From assembly GCA_965219415.1 (NCBI GenBank), contig CBDCNP010000002.1:1664001-1728000 (forward strand): 64,000 nt of DNA. The letters run 5' to 3'. The DNA comes from Candidatus Marinacidobacterales bacterium. Lineage in GTDB: Bacteria; Acidobacteriota; Vicinamibacteria; Marinacidobacterales; DATDRI01. The notes beneath the pieces were generated by a model. That model ran no database searches and was not told the DNA's origin. It was given only the letters and a program-made list of their open reading frames with translations. Each line of letters begins with the position of its first letter. Within the stretch, counting starts at the first letter, position 1. Below are positions 49,670 to 58,492 of the stretch, one piece after another. Both the position numbers and the translations under genes were made by a program.

Positions 49670-50670
49670 ATGCGGTCTCGGCTAAGCGAGCGTCGGCGAT
49701 TCTCCGTGCCGCTCGCGGCAAGGAGGTTGCGGTCATCGGTGACCTGATGCTCGACGAGTTCGTTTGGGGTAAGGTGTCTCGCATCTCGCCCGAAGCTCCG
49801 GTGCCCGTGGTAGAGGTCTCCGGCCATAGCTTCCACCTCGGCGGCGCCGCCAACGTCGCCCACAATCTACACAGCTTGGGAAGCGAACCCCTTCTCATCG
49901 GCATCTTGGGAGAAGACGACGCCGCACGTCGCATGCGCGTGGTGCTTCAAGAGGTTGGCATATCGGAGCAAGGATTGCTCACCGATCCGACCCGGCCGAC
50001 CACTTTGAAAACGCGGATCATCGCACATAGCCAGCAAGTCGTGAGGGCCGACCGCGAGTCGCGGAACGACATTTCCGCATCCCTCGAAGAGCTCGCCCTC
50101 GATAAGGTCACCGCCGCTCTAGATCGCGCCAGCGCCTTGGTTGTCTCCGATTACAGCAAGGGTACGTTGACGACTCGGCTCCTTCGGGAGTGCACTCGAC
50201 TCGCGCGACGCCGGAAAATTCCGCTTCTGGTGGATCCGAAGCTCCCCCGCTTCGCTGAGTACAGAAAAGTCGATCTGGTGACCCCAAATATCCACGAGAC
50301 AGAACGCTTCACCGAGACGAGCATCAGTGATGCGCAAGCCTTGGCTCGAGCCGCGCGCGCCATCCTCGGCAAGCTCGGCTGTCAGGCAGTTCTCATCACT
50401 CGTGGTGAGCAAGGCATGTCTTTATTCGAGAAGGGAAAGCCTGCCGTGCACATCGATGCCTCGGCACGGGAAGTCTTCGACGTCACCGGAGCGGGCGATA
50501 CGGTAATCGCAACTATCGCTTTCGCCCGAAGTGGCGGCGCGTCGCTAGCCGACTCCGCGAGGTTGGCCAATCAAGCGGCGGGAATCGTGGTCGGGAAACT
50601 CGGTACGGCGGCGGTGGACCCGGAAGAACTATTAGCCTCGCTCAGTGGCGGAAGTGGCGCACTCCGGTAA
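49666..50670 (+). CDS. rfaE1: D-glycero-beta-D-manno-heptose-7-phosphate kinase (RfaE domain I / HldA)
   Basis: [37 protein letters not shown]. Confidence 0.93.
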   Translation: MNAVSAKRASAILRAARGKEVAVIGDLMLDEFVWGKVSRISPEAPVPVVEVSGHSFHLGGAANVAHNLHSLGSEPLLIGILGEDDAARRMRVVLQEVGISEQGLLTDPTRPTTLKTRIIAHSQQVVRADRESRNDISASLEELALDKVTAALDRASALVVSDYSKGTLTTRLLRECTRLARRRKIPLLVDPKLPRFAEYRKVDLVTPNIHETERFTETSISDAQALARAARAILGKLGCQAVLITRGEQGMSLFEKGKPAVHIDASAREVFDVTGAGDTVIATIAFARSGGASLADSARLANQAAGIVVGKLGTAAVDPEELLASLSGGSGALR

Positions 50671-52225
50671 AAACCATCGCCAACTCTCGTTCGTCCGCTC
50701 CGTGGATCACCTCTTCGTCCCGGATAGATCCGCCGGGCTGGATGATCGCTCGCACGCCGGCATCCGCCAGCTGATCGAGTCCATCGCGAAAGGGAAAAAA
50801 CGCGTCGGAAGCGGCCACCGATCCCTCTAACGAGCTCTGCGCCTTGGTCACCGCAAGGCGGGACGAATCCACCCGGCTCATTTGGCCTGCGCCGATACCC
50901 AAAGTGTGGCGTTCCTTGGCTATCACGATGGCGTTCGACTTCACGTGCTTGGCCACTTTCCAGGCGAACTCCAGCGCAACCATTTCTTGTTCGGTCGGTC
51001 TACGCTTGGTCGGGATCTCCAAGCGCTCACGATCCAGAGGCGAGTTGTCCCAATCCTGAACCAGCAACCCTCCCACCACGCGGCACAGGTTGCGCCCTTC
51101 CCATCCCGAACGAGATGGATCATCGATGGCCAAGAGCCGAAGGTTTTTCTTTCCGCCAAGCTCCTCGAGCGCATCCGGCTCGAACCCCGGGGCAATGACT
51201 GCCTCGAGGAAAGTCGAAGCCAACTCCTTCGCGGTTTTCTTATCCACCGGGCGGTTGAGCCCGACGATGCCCCCAAAGGCCGAAACGGGATCGGTCTCCC
51301 GCGCCTTGACGTAGGCACCCGATAACGTTTCCCCGAGTGCAACCCCGCAGGGGTTGGTGTGCTTGATCACCACCGCGGCGGTATCCTCGAACTCACACGT
51401 AAGGCGCCAAGCGGCATCGAGGTCCAAAATATTGTTGTACGAGAGCTCCTTCCCCTGGAGCTTTCTGGTTCCTGCCACCGCGGTAGGCACGGCGCCCGCT
51501 TCGCGATAGAAAGCGGCTGACTGATGGGGGTTTTCCCCGTAGCGAAGATCTTGAACCTTTTCGAAGGAAACGCTGAGCGTTGCGGGCAGCGTTGCCTCGA
51601 GCTCGGCCGCGACCAATTCCTCATCGCGTACTTCCAATTGCGTCATATAGGCACCAATGGCAGCCTCGTAGCGAGCACTGGCGCGGAACGCCTTCACCGC
51701 CAGGTAGAGTCGAGTGGCGAGGTCCATGCCTTCGTCCAGCTTTCCCAGAACCAGCGGGTAGTCACGTGGGTCGACGACCGCGAGCACGTGCTGGAAGTTT
51801 TTGGCGGCCGCTCGCAACATGCTCGGCCCGCCAATATCGATATTCTCTATGATCTCGGAAACAGCGCTCTTCTCCGCGACTTTGGCTTCGAAGGGATAAA
51901 AGTTCACTGCGACGATATCGACCGGGGTGATTTCGTTTTGCTCGAGCTCCTCCAGATCAGAAGCCAGGTCGCGGCGCGCCAAGATGCCGCCATGAATAAG
52001 TGGATGAAGGGTCTTCACCCGACCGCCTAGTATTTGCGGAAAGCCGGTTGCCTCGGGCACCGGAGTCACCGGAATCTCTTCCTTGGAGAGTACGTTTGCA
52101 GTGCCGCCGCTCGAGATAACCTCATAGCCTCGTTCCGCAAGGCTTCTAGCAAACGGAACGATCCCCTCCTTGTTGGCTACGCTCAGCAGCGCTCGAGTCT
52201 TGGATTTTTCTCGCGAAACATTCAT
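50642..52225 (-). CDS. purH: Bifunctional AICAR transformylase/IMP cyclohydrolase
   Basis: [37 protein letters not shown]. Confidence 0.98.
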   Translation of the reverse strand: MNVSREKSKTRALLSVANKEGIVPFARSLAERGYEVISSGGTANVLSKEEIPVTPVPEATGFPQILGGRVKTLHPLIHGGILARRDLASDLEELEQNEITPVDIVAVNFYPFEAKVAEKSAVSEIIENIDIGGPSMLRAAAKNFQHVLAVVDPRDYPLVLGKLDEGMDLATRLYLAVKAFRASARYEAAIGAYMTQLEVRDEELVAAELEATLPATLSVSFEKVQDLRYGENPHQSAAFYREAGAVPTAVAGTRKLQGKELSYNNILDLDAAWRLTCEFEDTAAVVIKHTNPCGVALGETLSGAYVKARETDPVSAFGGIVGLNRPVDKKTAKELASTFLEAVIAPGFEPDALEELGGKKNLRLLAIDDPSRSGWEGRNLCRVVGGLLVQDWDNSPLDRERLEIPTKRRPTEQEMVALEFAWKVAKHVKSNAIVIAKERHTLGIGAGQMSRVDSSRLAVTKAQSSLEGSVAASDAFFPFRDGLDQLADAGVRAIIQPGGSIRDEEVIHGADERELAMVFTGVRHFRH

Positions 52226-52276
52226 GCTCGTCCCTTCCCTACTCTTGTTATGAACCGGCCCTGATAATCATGTTTT

Positions 52277-53095
52277 TTAATCGGAAGCCGGCTTCTTTCG
52301 AGCCCTCGGCACGCCTGGTTTTTCTTCCGGGAAAAACCGGTAACCGATGAAATCGCCGTTCGCCTTTTCCCAAGCGGCCAGCCAGAGATACGAAGCAGCG
52401 GTGACTCCCCGCGAGTATCCCAACGAGGCCTTCGCGTAAGGCACCGAACGATAGTCGAAGGCCGTGGCGGGCACCAACCGGCCGTCCTTCCAAAAAGCAT
52501 CCGCCAGGTCGGGAACGGAAGCCCTACTAGCAGACGAGAGCCGTTGCAGTAATGTCGTGACGGAAACCCCGCCCTTTAACGTTGAGGGCAGACTCCAGTC
52601 GTAGACCAGGGGAAACTCCTCGAGGTGCAGCGTGACGAAACGATGAAACTCTCCGCTGGCACGCGCGAGTCGTGGACCCGAGGCGCCCACCACCGTCGGG
52701 TCGGCCAAGTCGGCGGCGATGCGAAGAAGCTTTCCCAGTTCGACCGCAATCTCCCGGAACGGGCGATGCTGATTCACATGCTCTGCTACGCCATGAACCC
52801 TCTGATCTACGGCACGGGCCGTCTCTTGAGAAAGTGAGCCCGCCAAACCGTCGCGGGCCAGAGCCGACGCCATCTCTCCCTCCAGCCCGAAGACTCCCCT
52901 CAACAAGTAAGCTTCGTTCCGCCAGAGGACGCGCCGAAGAGTCGGAGGCATGATGAGCAGGGTGTCGTAGACCATGTTCCGGTAGGTGGGAGCCGGCCAC
53001 GCGTCAGCGAACCCGGGCACCATGACGAACAACAGCGTGAGAAGGATGAAGCGGGGAGAAAGCGAGGACGAAAGAGACCCGAGACCGCGGGTCAC
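52277..53095 (-). CDS. Exported hypothetical protein, possible phospholipase C / S1-P1 nuclease-like helical fold
   Basis: Signal peptide ending ADA-W; LG..LRIAADLADP resembles LG...H...D..QP; ends SYLWLAAWEKA. Confidence 0.6.
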   Translation of the reverse strand: MTRGLGSLSSSLSPRFILLTLLFVMVPGFADAWPAPTYRNMVYDTLLIMPPTLRRVLWRNEAYLLRGVFGLEGEMASALARDGLAGSLSQETARAVDQRVHGVAEHVNQHRPFREIAVELGKLLRIAADLADPTVVGASGPRLARASGEFHRFVTLHLEEFPLVYDWSLPSTLKGGVSVTTLLQRLSSASRASVPDLADAFWKDGRLVPATAFDYRSVPYAKASLGYSRGVTAASYLWLAAWEKANGDFIGYRFFPEEKPGVPRARKKPASD

Positions 53096-53650
53096 TTCTT
53101 CGGCCTGGCTACCACCGAGACCTTTCCCCCTTTCATCGAGACTCCGAAATCGACTTTCTTGTAGCCGCCACTCTGGAGTTGCTTCGCTTGTTTGGAAAGA
53201 ACCTTGCGGAAGCTATCGTAGTTCAGGTTGGTGGTGGACTGCCCCGCCTTCTCCTTGGCGGCAACGTACTTGTCGAAGATCTTCCGAAACTCGTCTCCCT
53301 TCTTCCCCATGGCAGCTTTACGTGGTGGTCCGCCCGCAATGGGAGACGGTGCAGGAGCCCGCTTCGACCGCTCCTCGCGTCCGGTGGGGAGTCGCCCTTC
53401 TTCTTTGAGCCTCACGCGTCGGTTCCACACCTCGCTGTACGTCGTGAATTTGGCCTGGTGCATTTGGAATACCGATTGCTCAGCCAAGTTTTGCGGAGGG
53501 TTCCGGGCGCAATTTCGAATGATGTCTTCGACTTCTCTTCTTGGTTACCTGGGGTGGCTGTTTGAGAGCTCCCGAGAACCACTGCTCGTACTCGGTCTCC
53601 AGCTGTTTCATGCCCCGTTTGAATTTTTCCATGTCCTCAAAGAAACCCAC
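53092..53650 (-). pseudogene. MXAN_5187 C-terminal-domain-like protein split by a +1 frameshift near 53533-53545
   Basis: GGAGG SD plus GTG at 53648-53650 gives MGFFEDMEKFKRGMKQLETEYEQWFSGALKQPP, which continues in another frame as EVEDIIR...WNRRVRLKEEGR...VDFGVSMKGGKVSVVA. Confidence 0.7.
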
Positions 53651-53659
53651 GTGCGCCTC

Positions 53660-54073
53660 CTACGTTTGGCTCTCTTCCTTCCGGAAGAACCAGAAGAAAG
53701 GCAACCACAGCTCGCGTGCGTATGGCACCTTCTTGTCGTTCACCAATATCTCGCAGCTGGGATATTCTCCGACGTAGCCAAACAAACGATGAAGCTCCTC
53801 CACCTCGTTGACGGTGTAGGTCGCGTAGTGGCGTAGCCATCGATCCCGACCCTCCCTACGATACCGCAGGGCGCGCTCGGCAAGGGAGACGGCCTCCGAA
53901 TACCTCGGATCATCTGACGGGCCAAAAAGCACTGTAAGTGAAAAGTCATTAGAGGCCGTTTCCGGATAAAGGATCTCCACCATCTGTGGGTCCAGATGAG
54001 AGATGTCCCCCTCCCGACGCTCGATGATTTCGGGAAGTCTTTCGATGTAGTTCTTCGCCCGGTCTTGCGCCAT
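53660..54073 (-). CDS. Hypothetical protein
   Basis: 137-aa ORF with an AAGGA SD, first gene after a clear promoter; ends VPYARELWLPFFWF. Confidence 0.75.
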   Translation of the reverse strand: MAQDRAKNYIERLPEIIERREGDISHLDPQMVEILYPETASNDFSLTVLFGPSDDPRYSEAVSLAERALRYRREGRDRWLRHYATYTVNEVEELHRLFGYVGEYPSCEILVNDKKVPYARELWLPFFWFFRKEESQT

Positions 54074-54087
54074 GATCCTTTTTGCTA

Positions 54088-54124
54088 TGTTAGAATGCTA
54101 CCTGGAAACGCTAACTATTGTCAA
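54088..54124. promoter_or_regulatory. Overlapping divergent promoters (hypothetical-purH operon and selA)
   Basis: Minus: TTGACA-18 nt-TAGCAT (54095-54124); plus: extended -10 TGTTAGAAT (54088-54096). Confidence 0.55.
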
Positions 54125-54151
54125 CGACAGCAGTTCCCTCGGATCTCGACT

Positions 54152-55561
54152 ATGGGCACCGCATCGGCCGGCGACGTCGGCCAGCTCCTAAGACGCCTCC
54201 CGAGCGTCGAAAAACTCCTCGCCCGAGACGGCTTTCGTAAACTCGAGGCCGAGTTCGGACGAGACTCGCTCGTCACCGCGACTCGCTCCGCTTTGGCAGG
54301 GCTACGGGATGCGGTACGTGATGCGCGAATCGATCAGAGCGGTTTCGATCGAACGCTTGCCTCAATGGAGAGCTCAATAAGAAGCCAGCTGGCTACGGCC
54401 AGCGCGCCTTCCTTGGTCTCTGTGATCAATGCCACCGGCATCATCGTACACACCAACCTCGGTCGAGCGCCGCTCGCGCCGTCCGCTATTGCGGCGGTCG
54501 CCCGCGTCGCGAGCTCCTACAGTAACCTCGAGTACGATTTGGCGACGGCCAAGCGCGGCCGTCGCGAGCAACACGCGGTCCGGCCACTCGAGCGTCTTTT
54601 CCCGGGTTTTGACGCCTTGGTGGTCAACAATAACGCCGCGGCCGTGCTGCTCACCCTCAATAGTTTCGCGGCTTCGAAGGAAGTGCTGATCTCTCGCGGC
54701 GAACTGGTCGAGATTGGCGGCTCCTTTCGAATTCCCGACATTCTGGAGAGAAGCGGAGCTCGGCTGCGGGAGGTCGGAACAACCAACAAGACTCGAATCG
54801 AAGATTACGAATCCGCGATCGGACCGGATACCGCCGTAATCCTCCGTGTCCACCCATCCAATTTTCGAATCGTGGGCTTTACCGAAGCGGCGTCGACCGA
54901 AGAGCTGGTGGCGATGGGCGAACAGCGGGGGGTCCCGGTGATCGAGGACTTCGGAGGCGGCAACCTTCTCGCCCTCGGCTCTTACGGACTGCCGAACGAG
55001 CCGACCGTGCAGGCCAGCCTTGCCGCCGGTGTGGACTTGATCACGTTCTCTGGAGACAAGCTCCTGGGCGGTCCACAAGCTGGAGTCCTCGTCGGACGCT
55101 CAGAGAGTGTGAATAAGTGCCGGGAGAACCCGTTGGCGCGCGCGCTGAGAGTAGACAAACTCACCTATGCGGCGCTGGAGGCAACGTTGGTGGCCTTCGT
55201 TCAAGGCAAAGCGGCGGAGCACATTCCCGTGCTCCAGATGCTGTCCACTCCGATCTCCGAAATAAGATCCCGCGCTCGCCGTCTTGCGAAGTCTCTCGAT
55301 GACGTAAACGGGCTCGAGCTGTCGTTGCTCGACGGAGCCTCCAAAGTCGGCGGAGGCGCTGCACCGGAGGCCGAGATTCCAACCTCTTTGGTTGGCGTTC
55401 GCGCGAAGCATCTCTCGGCTCAGTCGATCTTGGACCGCTTGCGTGGTCACGATCCCCCGGTGATCGCGCGCATCGCAGACGACCAGGTGCTGCTAGATCT
55501 GCGAACGGTGAGTCCCGCGGAAGAGGAAGCGCTGACCTCGGCATTGAGGGATCTGGCGTAG
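54152..55561 (+). CDS. selA: L-seryl-tRNA(Sec) selenium transferase
   Basis: VINATGIIVHTNLGRAPL, VNNNAAA, SRGELVEIGGSFRIP, EVGTTN, SGDKLLGGPQAG (PLP Lys). Confidence 0.96.
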   Translation: MGTASAGDVGQLLRRLPSVEKLLARDGFRKLEAEFGRDSLVTATRSALAGLRDAVRDARIDQSGFDRTLASMESSIRSQLATASAPSLVSVINATGIIVHTNLGRAPLAPSAIAAVARVASSYSNLEYDLATAKRGRREQHAVRPLERLFPGFDALVVNNNAAAVLLTLNSFAASKEVLISRGELVEIGGSFRIPDILERSGARLREVGTTNKTRIEDYESAIGPDTAVILRVHPSNFRIVGFTEAASTEELVAMGEQRGVPVIEDFGGGNLLALGSYGLPNEPTVQASLAAGVDLITFSGDKLLGGPQAGVLVGRSESVNKCRENPLARALRVDKLTYAALEATLVAFVQGKAAEHIPVLQMLSTPISEIRSRARRLAKSLDDVNGLELSLLDGASKVGGGAAPEAEIPTSLVGVRAKHLSAQSILDRLRGHDPPVIARIADDQVLLDLRTVSPAEEEALTSALRDLA

Positions 55562-55566
55562 CAGAT

Positions 55567-56982
55567 CTAGAAAAGCTCCAGTGCTGCACGGCGCGCCGCC
55601 GAGATCAGGGGTCCGGGATACAATCCCAGAACCAACGTCGCCAAACAGCTCACCAGCAACGGAAGCCGTAGATTCCAACCGAAGTGGAGTCCCGGATCGG
55701 GTGCCGGAGAGCCCATATACAAGACCATCACCACACGCAGATAGTAGTAGACGCTGACCAAGGTGTTGATGACCGCGATCAACACCAAAGCGATATGTCC
55801 CTCATCGATCGCAGAACTGAACAAATAGAACTTCCCAACGAAGCCCACCGTGGCCGGAATGCCGGCCAGTGATAGCATGAAGACACTCATCGCGAACCCA
55901 GGAAGCGGGTACTTCCATCCGAGGCCACCCCAGCCTCGGATGGACAAGTTGTCTTCCCCGCTCTTCCCGAAAGTAATCGCGACCGCGAAGGCACCGAGGG
56001 TCATGAACGTGTAGCCAGCGAGATAGAAGAGAACCGCCGTCCTACCCGTCACACCTCCCGCGATCACACCTACCAGTACGTAACCTGCTTGCGCCACGCT
56101 CGAGTAGGCGAGTAGACGTTTTATGTCATCTTGAGCGATCGCTATGAGGTTTCCGATGGTCATGCTGAGGACCGCGAGCAACCACAAAACGAGCTTCCAC
56201 TCATCGCTCAAAGAAAGTAGTGCGCCCGTGACACGAACTAGGGCGCCGAAGGCAGCCGCCTTGACCGCAACCGCCATGAAGCCGGTAACAACGGTAGGAG
56301 CCCCCTCGTAAACGTCCGGAGCCCACATGTGGAACGGCACCGCCGCGACCTTGTAAGCGAAGCCCACCAGTAAAAGACCGAGAGCGACGACCGGAAGCGC
56401 CCCCGGCTCGCCGGCTCGGGCGATGAGGGCGGTTTCGATCTTTGCGAGGTCGGCACTCCCAGCCGCCCCGTAAAATAGGGCAATGCCGTACAAGAATAGA
56501 GAAGAGGCAAACGCTCCATAGAAGAAATACTTCAAAGAGGCTTCTAAAGACGAACCTCGGTCGCGCGACCAACCGGTAAGTACGTAGAACCCCACCGACA
56601 TCGTCTCGAGAGCCACGAACATTAAGACCAGGTTTCTCGTCGAAACGAGGAGCAGCATTCCTGCCGCACTCAATAGAGCCAACGCATAAAACGCCGGCGC
56701 TTCCTCCTTCTGACGGTCGAGAGCAACTTTGGCAATCGGTATGCTGAGAGCCAGGCCGGTCAATACGATGAAACTCAAGAAAAGACTGAACGCATCGGAG
56801 TCCACGAGACCGAGCGAGCGGAGTCGATGCCCCCACAAACGAAGGCCAGCAAGAATACAGATTACCGTCCCGAGCCATGCCAGCCCGGCGGCGGGAAAAC
56901 GAGTCCGGCCGGCACCCCCTACACCAATGACCGCTGCGGTGACCACCAAGATGAGAACCGGTACCAGCGCGCCCAGCCCCAT
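55567..56982 (-). CDS. nuoN: NADH-quinone oxidoreductase subunit N
   Basis: EASLKYF, KVAAVPFHMWAPDVYEGAP, KRLLAYSS, SVYYYLRV. Confidence 0.95.
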   Translation of the reverse strand: MGLGALVPVLILVVTAAVIGVGGAGRTRFPAAGLAWLGTVICILAGLRLWGHRLRSLGLVDSDAFSLFLSFIVLTGLALSIPIAKVALDRQKEEAPAFYALALLSAAGMLLLVSTRNLVLMFVALETMSVGFYVLTGWSRDRGSSLEASLKYFFYGAFASSLFLYGIALFYGAAGSADLAKIETALIARAGEPGALPVVALGLLLVGFAYKVAAVPFHMWAPDVYEGAPTVVTGFMAVAVKAAAFGALVRVTGALLSLSDEWKLVLWLLAVLSMTIGNLIAIAQDDIKRLLAYSSVAQAGYVLVGVIAGGVTGRTAVLFYLAGYTFMTLGAFAVAITFGKSGEDNLSIRGWGGLGWKYPLPGFAMSVFMLSLAGIPATVGFVGKFYLFSSAIDEGHIALVLIAVINTLVSVYYYLRVVMVLYMGSPAPDPGLHFGWNLRLPLLVSCLATLVLGLYPGPLISAARRAALELF

Positions 56983-57004
56983 GTTCGATTCCCTCTATTC
57001 CCTC

Positions 57005-58492
57005 TTATTCGATGCCGGACGCGCCCGTCACTCGGGAAACGAAAAGCTCCACCGTACCGTCGAGCGAGCGTAGGAAGGTGCCGGGCGCGACTCCCATCCA
57101 CACGATGAGGACCACGATCGGAAGCAAAATAGCCGTCTCGCGACGGCTCAGATCCCTGAGGCCCTGGTTCGCCGGATTGTCGACCTTTCCCAACATCATC
57201 CGCTTGTACATCCAAAGAAGGTAGATCGCGGCCAGCACCAGTCCAGCCGCACCGGCGATGGCATGCGGTCTGGCGGTTTCAAAGGCACCCAGCAACACCA
57301 AGAACTCTCCCACGAACCCGTTGAGCCCAGGCAACCCCATCGATGCAAGGAGGACGACCAGGAAGAGGCTTGCGTATAGGGGCATGACTCGTTTGAGCCC
57401 CCCGAACTCGGAGAGCAGGCGGGTGCGTCGACGCTCGTAGATCATTCCCACCAAGAGGAAGAGAGCACCGGTGGACAACCCGTGACTTACCATCAGGAAG
57501 ATCGCGCCTTCCACGCCCGCGACATTGAACGAAAAGATGCCGAGCACGACGAAGCCCAAGTGACTCACGCTCGAATAGGCCACCAGTCTCTTGACGTCCG
57601 ACTGCACCAAGGCCACTAAGGCCCCATATACGATACCGACCACCGCAAGGGTCAAAATCGCCGGGGCATAAGCTCGAGCTCCTTCTGGGAACAACGGAAT
57701 CGCGAATCTCACCAGACCATAGGCACCCATCTTGAGAAGAATGCCGGCCAATATGACGCTCCCCGCGGTGGGCGCCTCCACATGGGCGTCGGGAAGCCAA
57801 GTGTGAAATGGAACGAGTGGTATCTTGACCGCGAAGGCGGCGAAAAAAGCAAGGAACAACCAACGCTGCAAGCCGTCGCTCAATACCAGCCCTTGCCAGA
57901 GCCGGATGTCGAAGCTGCCCCCACCGCTTTGCAAATCGTGAACGTGGTAGCAGTAGATGATCGCTACCAGCATCAGGACGCTCCCGCCCATCGTGAAGAG
58001 GAAGAACTTGATGGCCGCGTAGATACGGCGCTCTCCCCCCCAAACTCCTATGAGGAGATATATCGGAATCAACGTCGCTTCCCAGAACACGTAGAACAGG
58101 AAAACGTCCAGGGCTGCGAAGACACCGATCATCAACGATTCCAGAACCAATATGAGTACATAGAACGCTCCGACCTTCTCCTCGATGGAATCCCAGCTCG
58201 CAAGGACGGCGAGCGGTGTCAGGAACGTCGTGAGCAACACCATCAATAAGCTCACGCCATCGATACCCAGCAGGAAGGAAATACCCAATTCCGGAATCCA
58301 TCGATAGGACTCGACGAACTGGTAGTCGGCCTGAGCAGGATCGAATCGGACCCACAAGAGTAGCGACAAAGCGAAGACGATGAGGGAAGAGATTAGGGCA
58401 ACCCGTCGAGCCGCACCCTGCCGCCGACCTAGAATCCCAACTACCAGCGATCCGATTAACGGCGCAACGATGAGGAAGCTCAGGAGATTCAT
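57005..58492 (-). CDS. nuoM: NADH-quinone oxidoreductase subunit M
   Basis: FYVFWE, PFHTWLPDAHVEAPTAGS, GLPGLNGFVGEF; ATG overlaps nuoL TGA. Confidence 0.96.
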   Translation of the reverse strand: MNLLSFLIVAPLIGSLVVGILGRRQGAARRVALISSLIVFALSLLLWVRFDPAQADYQFVESYRWIPELGISFLLGIDGVSLLMVLLTTFLTPLAVLASWDSIEEKVGAFYVLILVLESLMIGVFAALDVFLFYVFWEATLIPIYLLIGVWGGERRIYAAIKFFLFTMGGSVLMLVAIIYCYHVHDLQSGGGSFDIRLWQGLVLSDGLQRWLFLAFFAAFAVKIPLVPFHTWLPDAHVEAPTAGSVILAGILLKMGAYGLVRFAIPLFPEGARAYAPAILTLAVVGIVYGALVALVQSDVKRLVAYSSVSHLGFVVLGIFSFNVAGVEGAIFLMVSHGLSTGALFLLVGMIYERRRTRLLSEFGGLKRVMPLYASLFLVVLLASMGLPGLNGFVGEFLVLLGAFETARPHAIAGAAGLVLAAIYLLWMYKRMMLGKVDNPANQGLRDLSRRETAILLPIVVLIVWMGVAPGTFLRSLDGTVELFVSRVTGASGIE

